A DNA stretch of 41,412 nt from Chiloscyllium plagiosum. Taxonomy: Eukaryota. Both the position numbers and the translations under genes were made by a program. This document shows, piece after piece, positions 12,640 through 26,189 of this stretch (its first letter is position 1; each line of letters opens with the position of its first letter). Under the pieces are notes generated by a model. That model saw only the letters and a program-made list of their open reading frames with translations, had not been told where the DNA came from and did not search any database. The DNA is taken from positions 36,097,852-36,139,263 of the forward strand of contig NC_057719.1 of the NCBI RefSeq assembly GCF_004010195.1, read 5' to 3'.

Positions 12640-14130
12640 AGATGGCCAAAACATTCTTCCTTAGAAATGGGGCCCAAAACTGCTCAAAATATTCCAAATG
12701 CACCCTGACCAGAGACTTACACAGCTTCATCAGTAAATCTCTGCTCTTGTGTTGTATGCTTTTTGAAATGAAAGCTAACATTGCATCTGTCTTCTGAACA
12801 GCCAACCAAACCTGTATGTTAACCCTAAGAGAACCCTGAACTGGGACTCCTGTGTCCCTTTGTGCTTCAGTTTTCTGAAGCCTTTCTACGTTTATTCTTC
12901 CCACCAAAATGCATAACTTCACACTTTCCCCCATAGTATTCTATCTGTCACTTCTTTGCCAACTCTCCCAAGTCCTTCCACAGCCTCCCTGCTTCCTCAA
13001 CACCCCCTTTCCCTACACCTAATTTATGTCATCTGCAAACTTAGTAACAATGCCATCAGTTCTTTTGTCCAGATCGTTAACGTAAAACATGAATAGTTGT
13101 GGTCCCAACAGTGATCCCTGCGGAATTCCACTAGTCACTGGCTGCCATCATAAGCTTTTGCCTCCACTCTCTGCCTTCTCCCAGTCAGCCTCTATGCATG
13201 CCAATACCTTGCCCGTAACACTATGGGCTCTTAACGTATTCAGCAGTCTCCCATGCGGCACCTTGTCAAAGGCCTTCAGGAAATTCAAACAGAAGAACAA
13301 CTTGAAGAATAGGGATACAGTGAAAAGTTTTTATATTGGCTACCTGTAATGGTGTCATCTTAGGTACAAGTATGGTAACAAAAGAGGAATAAAAGTAGTA
13401 GCATTGCTTACATGGTCCAAAAAATAATTTAACAATAACATAGTTATAGTTAAAGGATTGACATTACAGTCCAGTAAAGAATTTTAAATAGAGATTATGT
13501 TGCAGCAGCATTGCAGCAGCTCGGCGAGCATGTGGTCTGACTGCCCGCGTCAGGCCTCAGTCCAACAACTATCCCCCTCTGCTCCAAGCCTCGTGTCTGC
13601 TCTGCGCCGGCACTCAGCTGCACCAAGGTAAGTCACTCTGCTGTAGGACTCACTTCCCCTCGTGCTGTACCGGGACTTGGGTTTCCCCCGTGCTGCTCCA
13701 CAACTACTAAAAACAGAGGAAAAAAAAAGGAAAAAGAACAGGAGGAGCAGAGGAGCTCCAGTGGAGTGTCCTACTCTGCTGCTATCTTGCCGCAAATAAA
13801 TCCCATCCACTGGCTTTCTTTTGTCCAACTTACCTGTTACCTCCTCAAAACTTTCTAACAGGTTTGCCAGGCATGGCGTCCCCTTGATGAGTCCCATGCA
13901 GACTCAGCCCTACTTTACCATGCACTTCCAAGTACTCCTAAATCTTATCCTTAATATTGGACTCTAAACTTTTACCAATGACCGAGGTCAAGCCAACCAG
14001 CCAATAACTTCCTGTCTTCTGCCTCCCTCCCTTCTTAAACTGGGGTGTTACATTAGCTATTTTTTTCCTGCAACCTCCCTGACTCCAGTGATTCCTGAAA
14101 AATTTACCACCAAAACCTTCAAAATCTCTT
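12640..14130 (-). mobile_element. CR1 LINE RT region, interrupted at about 13290-13792
   Basis: LVRVHLEYFEQFWAP; CLANLLESFEEVTGKLDKRKPVDGIYL; gatccctgcggaattccact (GIPQGS on minus strand). Confidence 0.85.
13290..13792 (-). mobile_element. About 500-bp non-autonomous insert (GC-rich head, L2-like cttttcactgta tail)
   Basis: Splits the CR1 RT; 5' end ggcaagatagcagc resembles a decayed CAAGATGGCGGC LINE start. Confidence 0.45.
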
Positions 14131-14134
14131 AAGG

Positions 14135-14640
14135 TGTTTCCTTAGGAAGAATGTTCCAAGATTTTAACCCACTGACAATGAAGTAACAGCGATATAGTTC
14201 CAAGTCAGGATGGTGTGCGACTTGGAAGGGAACTTGCCAATAATGCTGTTCCAGTGCATCTGCTGCCCTATTCTTCTAGATGGAAAAGGTTGTGTATTTG
14301 GAATTTGCTTTCTAAGGAACCATGGTGAGTTCCTGTATTGCATCTGGTGAATAGCACACACTGTTGTTGTGAGTCACAGTGAAGGGAGTGAATGTTGACT
14401 GTGGTGGATATGGTGCCAATCAGGTGAACTGATTTGATCTGGATGGAGTCAAGCTTTTTGAGCTATTTGGAGCTGCACCCATCCAAGTTGGTGGAATGTA
14501 TTATATCACACTCCTGACTTCTGCCTTGCAAATGGTGGACAAGCTCTGGGGAGAAAGAAAGTGAGTTTCTCACTGTATAACTCCTAGCCTCTGACCTACT
14601 GTTGGAGCTATAATGTTTTTGTTATAGCTGAGTAAGTTCT
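14135..14640 (-). mobile_element. CR1-group (Zenon-like) LINE 3' fragment
   Basis: Homologous to 21960-22420 (CAIHQMQYRNSP). Confidence 0.75.
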
Positions 14641-15029
14641 GGCTCAAATAGAGAACATCAGGTTTTGCCTCCAACACTGGATTTTCTGGGTGCATTACTT
14701 CCATTTGCTCATCAAGACATCCAGTGACCATACAGTGAGATTAACAGTGAGAAGCAGAAAAGGTGTAATTAGTCTGTGACTGATATGCCTGTATTCACAT
14801 AGTTGGCAGCTGCCATGCTTCCTTCATCCTCTGCTAGTTGAGGTAATTTCAGACCTTCACTCCAACCTTGACAAATAGATCCAAGGGATAAGGAGGTCCT
14901 TGAAGAGATGGTTACTCACTGTATTATAGAAGTTTCAGATAGAGGCAATGCCATCTGCTCACTAGGACAATCATTGAACCATCAGATTTCTGATGGTGCC
15001 ACACAGGAAGCACATTCCTAAAGATCAAT

Positions 15030-15475
15030 TAGTCCAGAACCGGAGACACAGTGTAAAGATGCGTGTTTGGTCATTTAGTACTGAGATGAAAAGAAATGTC
15101 TTCATCCAGAGAGTGGTGGGCCTGTGAAAGCCTCTGCCACAGAAAGTGGTTGAGGTCAAATCATTGAATGTTTTCTCTATCCATAGAGTCAGGGGTTACA
15201 AGATTAGGGCAAGGAAGTGAACGTGAAGAATGTTCGATCGTCCATGATCCCACTTAACAGCAGAGTAGGCTCAAAGGGCCAAACAGCCTGCCCTGTTCCT
15301 ATTTCTATAGTTATATGGTCTTAGAAGGAGTTAGATATAGTTCTTATAGTATTGGGCTACAGGGATGAAATGGCATATACAAAAGCTGGGTACCGAGTTG
15401 GATGTTCATCTATGATCATGTTAAAAAGGGCTGAATGGTCTATTCTTGCTCCTATTTTCAATGTTTTTATGTTTA
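15030..15475 (+). mobile_element. Two nested CR1 3' ends
   Basis: aatgtcttcatccagagagtggtg and two tails (ctgccctgttcctatttctatag; attcttgctcctattttcaatg). Confidence 0.6.
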
Positions 15476-17989
15476 CAGTATCTGGCCCACCATGCAAGAA
15501 TCTTGGTCATTGTCATGGTCTGCAGCACTCTCTTGACGTGGCCTTCCTTTCGGTGATGAAACTTTGGAAATATTAAGGGAAAGAGCAAGAACTGAGAGAG
15601 GAACAGGATGTAAAGGTAAGCATAAACAATGTTGACTCCTGTTGTACTGTAAGGTAGCTTTCTTCTTCATCCTCCAGAAAGGAAGTGTCCCTCCTCTCTC
15701 ATGGTCTCAGCATCAGATCCAGGTCAGTAGTGATGAGGTGATGTTTTATCTGAGCCCAAATGTTAGACTTTGGGGCTCATGTGACATCTTCCTTCCCTGG
15801 GATAGAGAAGAGTGCTTGGGTACAAACATCTGACCTCTCTTTCAGCACAACAGTAGTTTCATTGATAGCTGCTATGTGTCAAAATAAGTCCCACGCTTCA
15901 CTTGTCTACATTGCTTATAAGTGGGCAGGAAATCAGTCTCTGATATGAATCCACGGCGTATCCTTTTGTAAATCTGAACTTTAATTATTTTCCTACCCAG
16001 AGAAGTACTTATTAGTACAGAAACAGATGTGACTCCTTTTTCCCTCCTCCATAGTAAAAATTCAGTCTTTTATATCTGCTACCTATTACAAAAAAGCATG
16101 GTTATAGGGTTGAATCTTACATTTCTTTGCCAAAGTGTGAATTGCTTTAGGTTTTTTATCAGGAATCTCGCCATGAGGCTGAGCAAAATTTTGCTCCATC
16201 CCTTACCAACCTACCTACTCATATCGCGTCTCTCTAGTTGATTCTAACCCCATTTTACCGCACACAGTTGTTGGAAAGGCTTGCTACCACCCAGATATCC
16301 TGGAATTGATTGTCATTCCTAAAACTTGCGCCATCTTCAAAATGCCGTTGTCACCCAGACAAGCTCAGCCTATCCCCTGATGCTTGGTATTGATATGAAA
16401 GTACCTATGCAAGTGGGATTGTAGTAGGAATCTTGCTTGTGACTAGAAAGGTGAAATGCTCCAGAAAAAGATGTGCAAGCAGTTTGGAAATGGATGGCAT
16501 AGGTGGCCAGGGCCAACCAAGTTGAATAAAGGCTTGAGTTCCCAGCAGATATTGAGTTGTTATCCAAAACATAATTTACCTCACACTAACTAGCCCTATA
16601 CTGTGGAAAGGGTGTTATGATTGGATGAAGAAGGGTAAATCAGCTCCCACCTTTTAACTCGTTAGGTGGATGCAACAAAAGGTGTTTAATTCTATGCAAC
16701 TACTGTATGTCATTCTTCAGTTAAAATTTAGTACTACTCATTACAAATTACAAATTAAATGACATTTTTCTTGATTGTTTATCTCAAAACTTTCTTTCAA
16801 TCTTGAGATAAACAAAACAAATCTGAAGATAAACAATAAAATGTGAAATCAAACACAGGTACAAAGTTTAACAAGGGGGACACTGTTTAGTACAATAAGA
16901 AAATGAAGAACATAAAGTTTTAAAATTCCGAGCATCCCTGAGTTGTTTTAGTTGAACCCGTGACCCATGACTGTTTAACTGGTAGTTTATATCCTTGGTG
17001 GTGGCAAGGTTTGTGGAATCCTTGAGATCTTGGTGAATGGATGTTCTCCAATTTGTTTAATCGCCAGTTCAGACAATTTTCTTTAATCCATATTGTTTTT
17101 TTGAATTTGTCTCAGCCTGTTGTCAAGTGATTTAGGTCCACATTTGTAAAACCATGAAATTCTTAAGTATTAAAATCAGATGCTGGAAGTTGAAAATTGA
17201 CAGCCCATATTTGCCAGTATTGTGAAATACCACATGACAGCACTTCATAAACTTGTAGATTTAGTGATCCATGCTAGGATCAGGTAGAAATGTTGACCAG
17301 GAGTACTAGAAGCCAATGTGAAAGGCCAACAATGGTGAATTACACCCACCTGATGGTATGGGCCCCATGAAACCAGACTCATAATATCCAGAATCATGCA
17401 ATGATTTTTTTCTCACATTGTTAATGCACTTTGAACAAATGTCTTGCGTGTGTCTGTTATGTTGGCTAAAGTTTTTTTTTGTTCTGGCAATACTTTTGTC
17501 AGCCCCATCCAACTGGCAAAGCCTTAATCCTTGGCATAGCTTTGAATACAGTGAAGATATACGATTGCAGATGATGAGCTGTTTTGGTAAAATTGAGCAG
17601 TGGTTACTTCATTGTATCTCTTCAACTGTGAACTATTGTTTGGAGGAGGGTAAAATCTTATTCTGGCTTTTCTGATGCTACTACAAGAATAAAAAAAATC
17701 TTAAACACTTAATTAATTAATGTCACAGAATTAACTGTTCCTTGCTTTTTAAGGGGATATGATCATTACTTGAATTACTGTACCCAAGAAGTTACTAATT
17801 GATACCATCCCTATTATCTATGATTTATTCTTAAGCATCTCTAGAATGTACTGAACATAGGTACATTGCAACTGCTGCTGTAGGAAAAATGTGATTGATG
17901 CCACTTGTCATATGAGGCATTTCATTAAACAAATGAAGGTGGTTTATCCTGATCTAAATTGAATTAGCTGACCTTGGCCAGGATGTTGG

Positions 17990-19488
17990 CGAAATAACAC
18001 CACAGAGGCCAGTATCCCATCATTAAGCCACTCTTTAGTTACATGTGCATAGTAGTTGACACTGGTCCAGTTTCCTCAGAGCCAACTCTCAGAGTGAACA
18101 GAACCTCTGACACACCTGTTTATATCTGTCAGCCAGGGCTCCCTAATTGGACCAGGTTAACAGACCCAATCAGGAACTCATATTTATGAGGTCCACCTGA
18201 AATTCTGTTCAAGCTTAAGGGTTGGAGTCCAGATTGAAGTTTGTTAAAGACTGTTTCTGAAATTATTGATATAGCTCACTGGTATCGACCTCCGTTTGAA
18301 CTGGGTGACCATTTAACCAGATGTTAATTTTGATTGGTTCTAATTTGGATGTTGCTGGCAATTTAACTGTTCCAAGTGATATGTAGGTGGGCTTTCAAGG
18401 ATTTGTACTCTCCTGGATACTGGTCTATGAGCTTTGATACTGAATTTGGGCCTCATGGGATTCTTTTGTTGTTTCAAATCCACATCCTGACAGCAACTAC
18501 AATAGTTGGCTGATCTGAATCCTGAGGAAAATGTTAACTGTTTGGCTGAGGCTTGGCTTTGTTTTGGAGTTTTGCTGTAGGCTGATCTAGAGTCCCTTTA
18601 TTCTGGATATGTCCTGTGTGAGGCTATGTAATTGCCTTCAGTGAAGTTGGACTGGTGAGGGTACCTACTTCCATCAGAATACCCTGCAACTCACATGCTT
18701 TACTTTCCGCATTTTCCAATGATAAAGCTTGCTGTAGAGCCTGTTTGAAGGTCAGTTGGGATGCAGCTAGTAGGAGATTTTGTATGGTTACATGATTAAT
18801 CCCACATACCGAATGGCCTTTCAGCATCTTATTATGGGTTAAACCAAAGTCATATGCCTCTGCCAGTCATTTTAACCTAGTTAAAAATCCCAATATGGAT
18901 TCCCCTGGTTTTCGAACAGCTGAGTAAGACTGATAGTGTCTCAGAATTAAAGGAGGCTTGGGGTCATAATATTCCTTAACTAAATCCATCAACTCTTGAA
19001 AGGTTTTAGAATCTGGTGCTTCAGGGAAAGTTAGGCTCCTTATAACTGAAAAAGCTGTGGGTCCACAAGCTGTCAGAAGATCACTGATTGCTTTTCATCT
19101 GCTCCAATGTCAAAAAAAAGCATTCTTGCCACATAGTGGACTCAGTCTTTGATGGCAGCATCGAACAAGTCAAACTTCTCAAAAAATGACATGACGCCAG
19201 AAATGCTTGCCACAACTCAAGCTGCTCCGAGCTAATTTCTTCAGAAGTCGTCATACTGAAGTAACTCCAGACAGGCCAGTATCCTGTCACCAAGTCACCC
19301 TCTATTTGCATGTAAAGAGTAAACAAACTGATCCAGCTCCCTCAGAGCCAGCCCTCAGAATGAACAGGATGTCTGACAATCCTGTTCGTATCTGTCAGCT
19401 AGGGTTTCCTGATTTTAACAGGGTAGCCCCAATCAAGGAAGTCATATTCTATGAGGTCCATCTGGTTGACCTCGATACAATCATTACA
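17990..19488 (-). mobile_element. Gypsy LTR retrotransposon, internally deleted (LTR-gag-protease-partial LTR)
   Basis: Direct repeats about 17990-18200 and 19257-19488; gag from ATG at 19192 (MSFFEKFDLFDAA...VCGINHVTIQNLLLA...LTFKQALQQALSLE); protease-like LNGHPVQTEVDT near 18285. Confidence 0.85.
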
Positions 19489-19554
19489 TTGTCCCTTGGT
19501 GGACCTTCTACATGCTGATATAAAAAGCTGTCCTGAAAACATTTCAAGATTTTT

Positions 19555-19862
19555 TTTTCTAAGGCTGGGGGAGTCCAAAACTCAAAGGCATAGCCTTAAG
19601 GCGAGAGGGGAAAGATTTAAAAGGGACCTAAGGGGTAACTTCTTCACACAAAGGTTGGTGCATGTATGAAATAAGCTGCCAGAGGAAATTGTAGAGGTGG
19701 GTACAATGACAACATTTAAAAGACAGGTACCTGAATAGGAAGAGTTTCAAGGGATATGGGCCAAACGCAGGCAAATGGGACTAGTTCAATTTAGAACACC
19801 TGGTTGGCACGGATGGGTTGGACTGAAGTGTCTGTTACCATTCTGTATGACTCTGTGACTCG
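19555..19862 (+). mobile_element. CR1/HER1 LINE 3' end
   Basis: GERFKRDLRGNFFTQRLV; tail tgtatgactctgtgactc. Confidence 0.85.
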
Positions 19863-20389
19863 AATCTCCCACCATTAAACCCTTTTCACAATAACTATCT
19901 CAATTAAAGTTGGGAAAGTTGAAATCTCCTAATATAAATTACCTTATTGTTTTTACACACCTCTGATCCTCTATTGCCTGCAGACTGTTTGGGAACTGAA
20001 AAATACATACCTAGCTGTATAACTGACCCCTTTTTATTCCTAAGCTCTATGCACAAAGCTTCAATTTAAGATATCGTCGCTTCTTACTGCATTAACTGAC
20101 TTCTTCATTAATAATGTACTGTGTGTAGATCTGATACCCCTGAATGTTGCATTGACGGTCCTGCCTCTCCCTCAATCACCTCTCTCTAATGGCGATCACA
20201 TTGCAATTTCAATTATGACTAATGAATAGCCTGGGTGAGTTGGTAGCACCATTATAATTGAGCTGGTTGGATTCTAAAGGACATTGCTACTCGACGGGTC
20301 TGTGGTTGGTGTTAAAGGAAACAGTAAAGAGAAAAAAACAAACTTTATAATGTCCTTATCATTCTGCTGGATGCACATGCATTTGTCCA

Positions 20390-22564
20390 TGACAGTATCG
20401 GCGAGAGTGATCACTGCACAGTCCTTGATGGACATGAAATCGTGCCTTCAAATTGAAAAAACCCTTCGTGAGTTCCACCTTGCTAAATGGAACAGACTTC
20501 AAACAAATCTAGCAACTCAAGACTGGGCATCCATGAGGTGCTGCGGGCCATCAACAATGGCAGAATTATACTCCAATATAACCTGCAACCTAATGGTCTG
20601 GCATATTCCCCCCTTGACCATTATCATCAAGCCAGGAGATCAACCCTGGTTCAATGGACAGTAGGAGGGCATGCTAGGAGCAGCACCAGACTGAGAGGTC
20701 AACCTGGTGAAGTTACAAAACAGGGCAATTTGGATGCCAAGCAGCAAACGATAGACAGAGGGCTAAATGATCCCATAACCAACATGCAGTCCTGCCAAAT
20801 CCAAGCATGACTTGTGACAAACAATTAAATAACACCCTGGAGAATGAGCTCCACAAATATCCCCACCCTCAAAGATGGAAGAGCCTAGCACATCAGTGCA
20901 AAAAACAAGACTGAAGCATTCACAGCAATCCTCAGCTAGAAGTGCTGAGTGGATGATACATTTCAGCTTTCTCCAGTGGTCCCCAGCGTCACCAATACCA
21001 TTCTTCAGCCAATTTGATTCACTCAAGAAACAGATGCACTGGATATTATAAAGGCACTGGGCCCTGACAATATTCCAGCATTAGTACTGAGGACTTATGG
21101 TCTAGAAATCTGCCGCAATTCTAGCCAAGCTGTTTCAGTAAAGCTACAATACTGGCATCAATCCAAGGTTGTGGAAAGTTCCTTAGATAAACCTGTACAG
21201 AAAAGGCAGAACAAATCCATCCCGGCCAACTACCACCCCATCAGTCTACTCTCGATGATCAGTAAAGTGATGGAAAGTGTCAGCAATAGTACTATCAAGC
21301 AATGACCTGCTCAGGCAAGCGTACTCTGGGTTCCACAAGGGCTATTCAGCTCCTGAAAAGATGACAGCCTTTGTTCACACATGGTCGAAAGAGCTGAATT
21401 CCAGAGGTGAGATGAGTGTGACAGTCCTTGGCATCCAGGTGACATTTGACTGAAAGTGGCATCAAGGAGTTCTAGCAAAACAGAGGGCAGCGGGAAACAG
21501 GGAAAAGCTCTCTGCTGGTTAGAGTTAAACCTGGCACGTAACACAACAAAAGATGGTTGTGGTTGTTGGAGGACAGGTATCTCAGCTCCAGGACATCGCT
21601 GCAGCAGTTGCTCAGGGTAGTGCCCTTGGCCAACCATCTTCAGCTGCTTCATTGATGACCCTCCCTCCATCATAAGGTCAGAAGTGGGGATGTTTGTCAA
21701 TGATTGTACAATGTTCAGCATCATTCACAATTCCTCAGATACCAAAACACTCCATGTTCAAATGCAGTAAGATCTGGACAATATCCATGTTTTGGATGGC
21801 AGTGGCAAGCAACATTCATGCCACAAATGCTAGGCAATGGCCATCTCCAATAAGAGAATGGGATGTTCAATGGCATTACCATCACTGAATCCTCCCACTA
21901 TTAACATCCTGGGGGTTAACATTGACAGGAATCTACTAGTCTTATAAATACTATAGCTTCAAGAGCAGGTCAGAGGTTAGGAATCCCAAAGCAAATAACT
22001 CACCACTGGCTTCCCAAAGCCTGTCTGCCTTCAACAAAGTTCAAATCAGGAGCATGATAGAGTACTTCCCACTTACCTGGATGGGTACAGCTCCAACAAC
22101 ATTCAAGAAGCTTGACACTATCCAAGACAAAACAGCCTACTTAATTGGCACCACATCCACAAGCATCTGCTCCCTCCACCACTATTGCTCAGTAGTAGCA
22201 ATGTGTGCTATCTACAAGATGCACTGCAGAAATTCACCAAGTATCCTTAGACAGCATCTTCTAAACCCACAAGCTCTTCCATCTAGATGGACAAGGATAG
22301 CAGATACATGGAAACTACACTACCTGTTAGTTCTTGTCTAAGCCATTCACCGTCCTGACTTGGAAATATGCCACTGTTACTTCACTGTTGCTGTTTCAAA
22401 ATCCTGGAGTTCCCTCCCTAAGGGCATTATGGATTTACCTACAGCATATTGACTATAGCAATTCAAGAAAGCAACTCACCACCATGTTCTCAAGGGCAAT
22501 TAGGAATTGACAATAAATACAGGCCCAGGCAGTGATGCCCACTTATCGTGAATGCTTAAAAAAA
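20390..22564 (+). mobile_element. CR1-group (Zenon-like) LINE, about 2.2 kb, decayed ORF2 with A tail
   Basis: KPGDQPWFN; GPDNIP; NYHPISLLSMISKVME; gctcagggtagtgcccttggc (QGS motif); KKLDTIQDK; A7 end. Confidence 0.85.
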
Positions 22565-23524
22565 GTCATATCAGGTACAGAAAGTAAAACAAAAATAGGG
22601 GAAGAGAAAAATGAAAAAGTTAAAATACACAAAATAAAACACATTAATTATTTTTTCACTAATAACTAAAATTGCAAGGAATGAGACTCCACACTTGTGA
22701 AATTTAATTTCCAGTGCATTAGAGGTTGCTTGGCAATATTAAGACTTAACACACTATTAAAAAGATTATATTTGAATGGACAAGGTCTAACATTTTTAGA
22801 GTTTACTAAGTGTCTATTCTAAAAGATCTATAATTTCATACTATTGAAAGTATTTGAAAGACCAGTTTTTTTGGAGACAGCAATGTAGCACAGAGGAGCA
22901 GTGTATCTCTGACAGCAATTGAATTTCATGTTTATCTGTTCACATGTGGTTGCCAGAAGTTGCTGCCCATTTTTCAATTTAGTAACAGAGAGTGCTGTTA
23001 GCCTCACCACTATTTCTATAGAAAAAACACCCTCTTTTATTTATACTGAAAATAATGTTTGTACAATTGCCATTAAAATATCATTGCCACCACTCATCTT
23101 AAGACACAGCACAAATGAAGTCTCTACATGAGGTATTATTTTAGCACAGCTTATTGTGTACAACTCAATCTTTCCCGTGGCAACATCTAAACTGAATACT
23201 ATAATAACGATTGTAAAAGTAGTTGGTAGCCAAAATCACATATTGCCCAATTTAACAGCTGTCTTTTTATAAACTAGTCATTGTGATTTGGGAGTTTTAA
23301 AGTGAGCTCAAGGCAAGATTTTGTACCAAGCTGACCTGTGCATGTTTGCCAGTTTTATTGTTTTAATCTTCCTGGTAGCAGTTCTGAGAGCAGGGTAACA
23401 GATGATTTTCATATGACTCCATTGTGCGTATATTCAACTGAAAGTTTCCTTTAGAATTGGAGAGCTCTGGTTTACAAAATGCAGTAAATTTCAATCATTA
23501 TTCAGATAATATGTAAACAAAGAC

Positions 23525-23655
23525 AAGCCAAAGAACTACAGGTGCTGGAAATCGGAAACAAAAGTACAAACTTCTGGCAAAACTCAGCAGGCCTGGCACT
23601 ATCTGTGGAGAGAAAGCAGAGTTAATATTTTGTGTCCAGTGACCATTCTGGAGCT
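23525..23655 (-). mobile_element. Short PLE-derived terminal fragment
   Basis: Similar to 39322-39427. Confidence 0.55.
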
Positions 23656-23744
23656 CTAACTAATATGTAATTGTGCTGTTCTGTTCTAAACTACAACTGG
23701 CAGTAGTGAAATCTCATCAACAAAAGTGTGAGTGTGAATTTAGA

Positions 23745-24112
23745 ACAATGGGGCTGGGTGGAATCTTATAGAAATATATAAAATTATGAAGGGAATAGAA
23801 GCAGGAGATTATTTCCATTGGCAGGTGAAACTAGAACTAGGAGATATAGCCTCAAAATAAATTGAGGAAGAACTTCTTCACCCAAAGGGTTGAGAATCTG
23901 TGGGAATCCCTGCCCAATCAAGCAGTTGAGGCTACCTCATTTGATGTTTTTAAGGGAAAAATTTTGAACAGTAAAGTAATTAAGGATTATGGTGAGCTGG
24001 CAGGTCAGTAGAGCTGAGTCTACAAAAAGATTAGCCGTGATCTTATTGAATAGCAGAGCAGGCTCGATGGGCGAGATGGCCTACTCCTGCTCCTATTTCT
24101 TATGTTCTTATG
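23745..24112 (+). mobile_element. CR1 LINE 3' end
   Basis: RKNFFTQRVENLW; tail ggcctactcctgctcctatttcttatgttcttatg. Confidence 0.85.
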
Positions 24113-24299
24113 CAATTTTAGACATATTATATCAATACATTTAGAAGACATGAGAAACATAGTATTCACTATTTTCTACTTTTCATGTACTTAAGCTTAA
24201 TTGTTCTCTTATAATGCTGTTGAAGTTTAATTCTACATCATTATGTCTTTTTGTAAGTCCTCAGACACTTGTTCTGAAACAGGCCAAATGCTCGCTAGT

Positions 24300-24389
24300 C
24301 TAGGAAATGGGAATAAAGGTGGTTAATTTCTGCTCCAATTCATCAACAGTATTGGCTGAAGGCTTGTGGAGAGAAAGGAAGCTATTCGT
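24300..24389 (-). CDS. Candidate terminal coding exon of unidentified host gene (TNSFLSLHKPSANTVDELEQKLTTFIPIS*)
   Basis: AG acceptor at 24390-24391, 105-nt intron to the previous exon, phase 0, open to TAG; the TAG could alternatively be a splice acceptor. Confidence 0.4.
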   Translation of the reverse strand, partial: TNSFLSLHKPSANTVDELEQKLTTFIPIS

Positions 24390-24494
24390 CTATTAATTTA
24401 GAAAACTGCAAAAACTGATCAACAATTTTCAAAATTGCTAAGTCACTGAAGATGCCAATTTTGATGTAGAAATAGTGTGCTGGAACCTACTTAC

Positions 24495-24552
24495 AATGGG
24501 CAATATAGCGGCCGGGCACAGGGAGTTACATAGAAGACCGCTCAAGACACAA
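24495..24552 (-). CDS. Candidate internal exon (CVLSGLLCNSLCPAAILPI)
   Basis: ctcttcacctcag acceptor, GTAAGT donor, only one open frame (phase 2 to 0), CpGs retained. Confidence 0.55.
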
Positions 24553-24616
24553 CTGAGGTGAAGAGTTCCTTAAAGATATTAGTTCCTAAAGGGAGGTCTC
24601 TTAAGAGGTTCAGAAC

Positions 24617-25830
24617 TCATAGAGTCACAGAGATGTACAGCATGGAAACAGACCCTTCGGTCCAACTCGTCCACGCCAACCTAATCCTAACTTAATCTAG
24701 TCCCATTTGCCAGCATTTGGCCCATATCTCTCCAAACCTTTCCTATTCATATACCCATCTGGGTGCCTTTTAAATGCTGTAATTGTAGCAGTCTCCACCA
24801 CTTCCCCTGGCAACTGATTCCATACACACACCACCCTCTGTGTGAAAATATTGCCCTTAGGTCCCTTTTATATCTTTTCCTTCTCACCCCAAACCTATGC
24901 CCTCTAGTTCTGGACTCCCCTATTCCAGGGAAAAAAACAACTATTTATCCTATCCTTGCCCTTCATGATTTTATAAACCTCTATAAGGTCACCTCTCAGC
25001 CTCCAACACTCCAGGGAAAACAGCCCCAGCCTATTCAGCCTCTCCCTATAGCTCAATTCCTTCAACCCTGGCAACATCCTTGTAAATCTTTTCTGAACCC
25101 TTTCAAGTCTCACAACATCCTTCCGATAGGAAGGAGACCAGAATTGCACGCAATGTAACAAAAGTGGCCTAACCAATGTCCTGTAAGGCTGCAACATGAC
25201 CTCCCAACTCATATACTCAGTACTCTGAACAATAAAGGAAAGCATACCCAACGTCTTCTTCACTATCCTATCTACCTGTGTCTCTACTTTCAAGAACTAT
25301 GAACCTACACTCTCAGGTCTCTTTGTTCAGCAATACTTCCCAGGACCTTACTATTAAGTGTATAAGTCCTGCTCTGATTTGCTTTTCCAATGCAGCACTT
25401 CACGTTTATCTAAATTAAACTCCATCCACCATTCCACAGCCCATTGGCCCATCTGATCAAGATCCCGTTACAGTCTTTGCTGTCCACTACACCTCCAATT
25501 TTGGTGTCATCTACAAACTTACTAACTATGCCTCCTATGTTCACATCCAAATCATTAAAATAAGTGATGAAAAGTAGTGGACCTAGCACTGATCCTTGTG
25601 GCACTCCACTGGTCACAGGCCCAGTCTGAAAAGTGACCCTCCACCACCACCCTCTGTCTTCTACATTTGAGCCAGTTCTACATCCAAATGGCTAGTTCTC
25701 TCTGTATTCCATGAGATCAAACCTTGTTAACCAGTCTCCACGTGGAACCTTGTTGAATGCCTTACTGAAGTCCATATAGATCAGGTCTACCGCTCTGCCC
25801 TCATCAATCCTCTTTGTTACTTCTTCAATT
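24617..25830 (-). mobile_element. HER1/CR1 LINE, RT to 3' end
   Basis: SGVPQGSVLGPLLF...KFVDDTKIGG; LERVQKRFTRMLPG...RLRGDLIEVYKIM. Confidence 0.92.
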
Positions 25831-26189
25831 CTTTGGAATGTCTTCCATTGCTGGAGCAAGACATATTCAGATGTTCAAGATTGAATATGTAGAGTTTTTC
25901 TTAAAAACCTGCCAGACATTTTTCAATTCTAATATAGGACTGATTGCCATAAACACCCCATGTCCATGGACATTGGCATCCAACATATCCAGCCCTCTAA
26001 CAAACCTTTGGCACATCACTAATTCCCTTACAGGTCAGTTCTGCACTTCAATCCTGCACCACCAGAGCCACAGCAATGTGGTTGACTCTCAACTACACTT
26101 AGAATGGTCGAGCATGTCTCAAAAACAATGAAACCAGATGGACCACCTGGCATTGACCTGGAAAAGACAATTGCAGAAACAGTTCTGTC

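Noticed and set aside
14640..17700. Possible Harbinger or LTR remnants (also 33930-36050)
   Set aside because: No translatable diagnostic motif or clear termini found
23336..23382. Possible extra minus-strand exon (TATRKIKTIKLANMHR)
   Set aside because: Phase does not join the supported chain without invoking weak splice sites
24120..24299. SECIS element for the TGA at 39896
   Set aside because: An ATGA...AAA is present but there is no complementary helix or 3' GA
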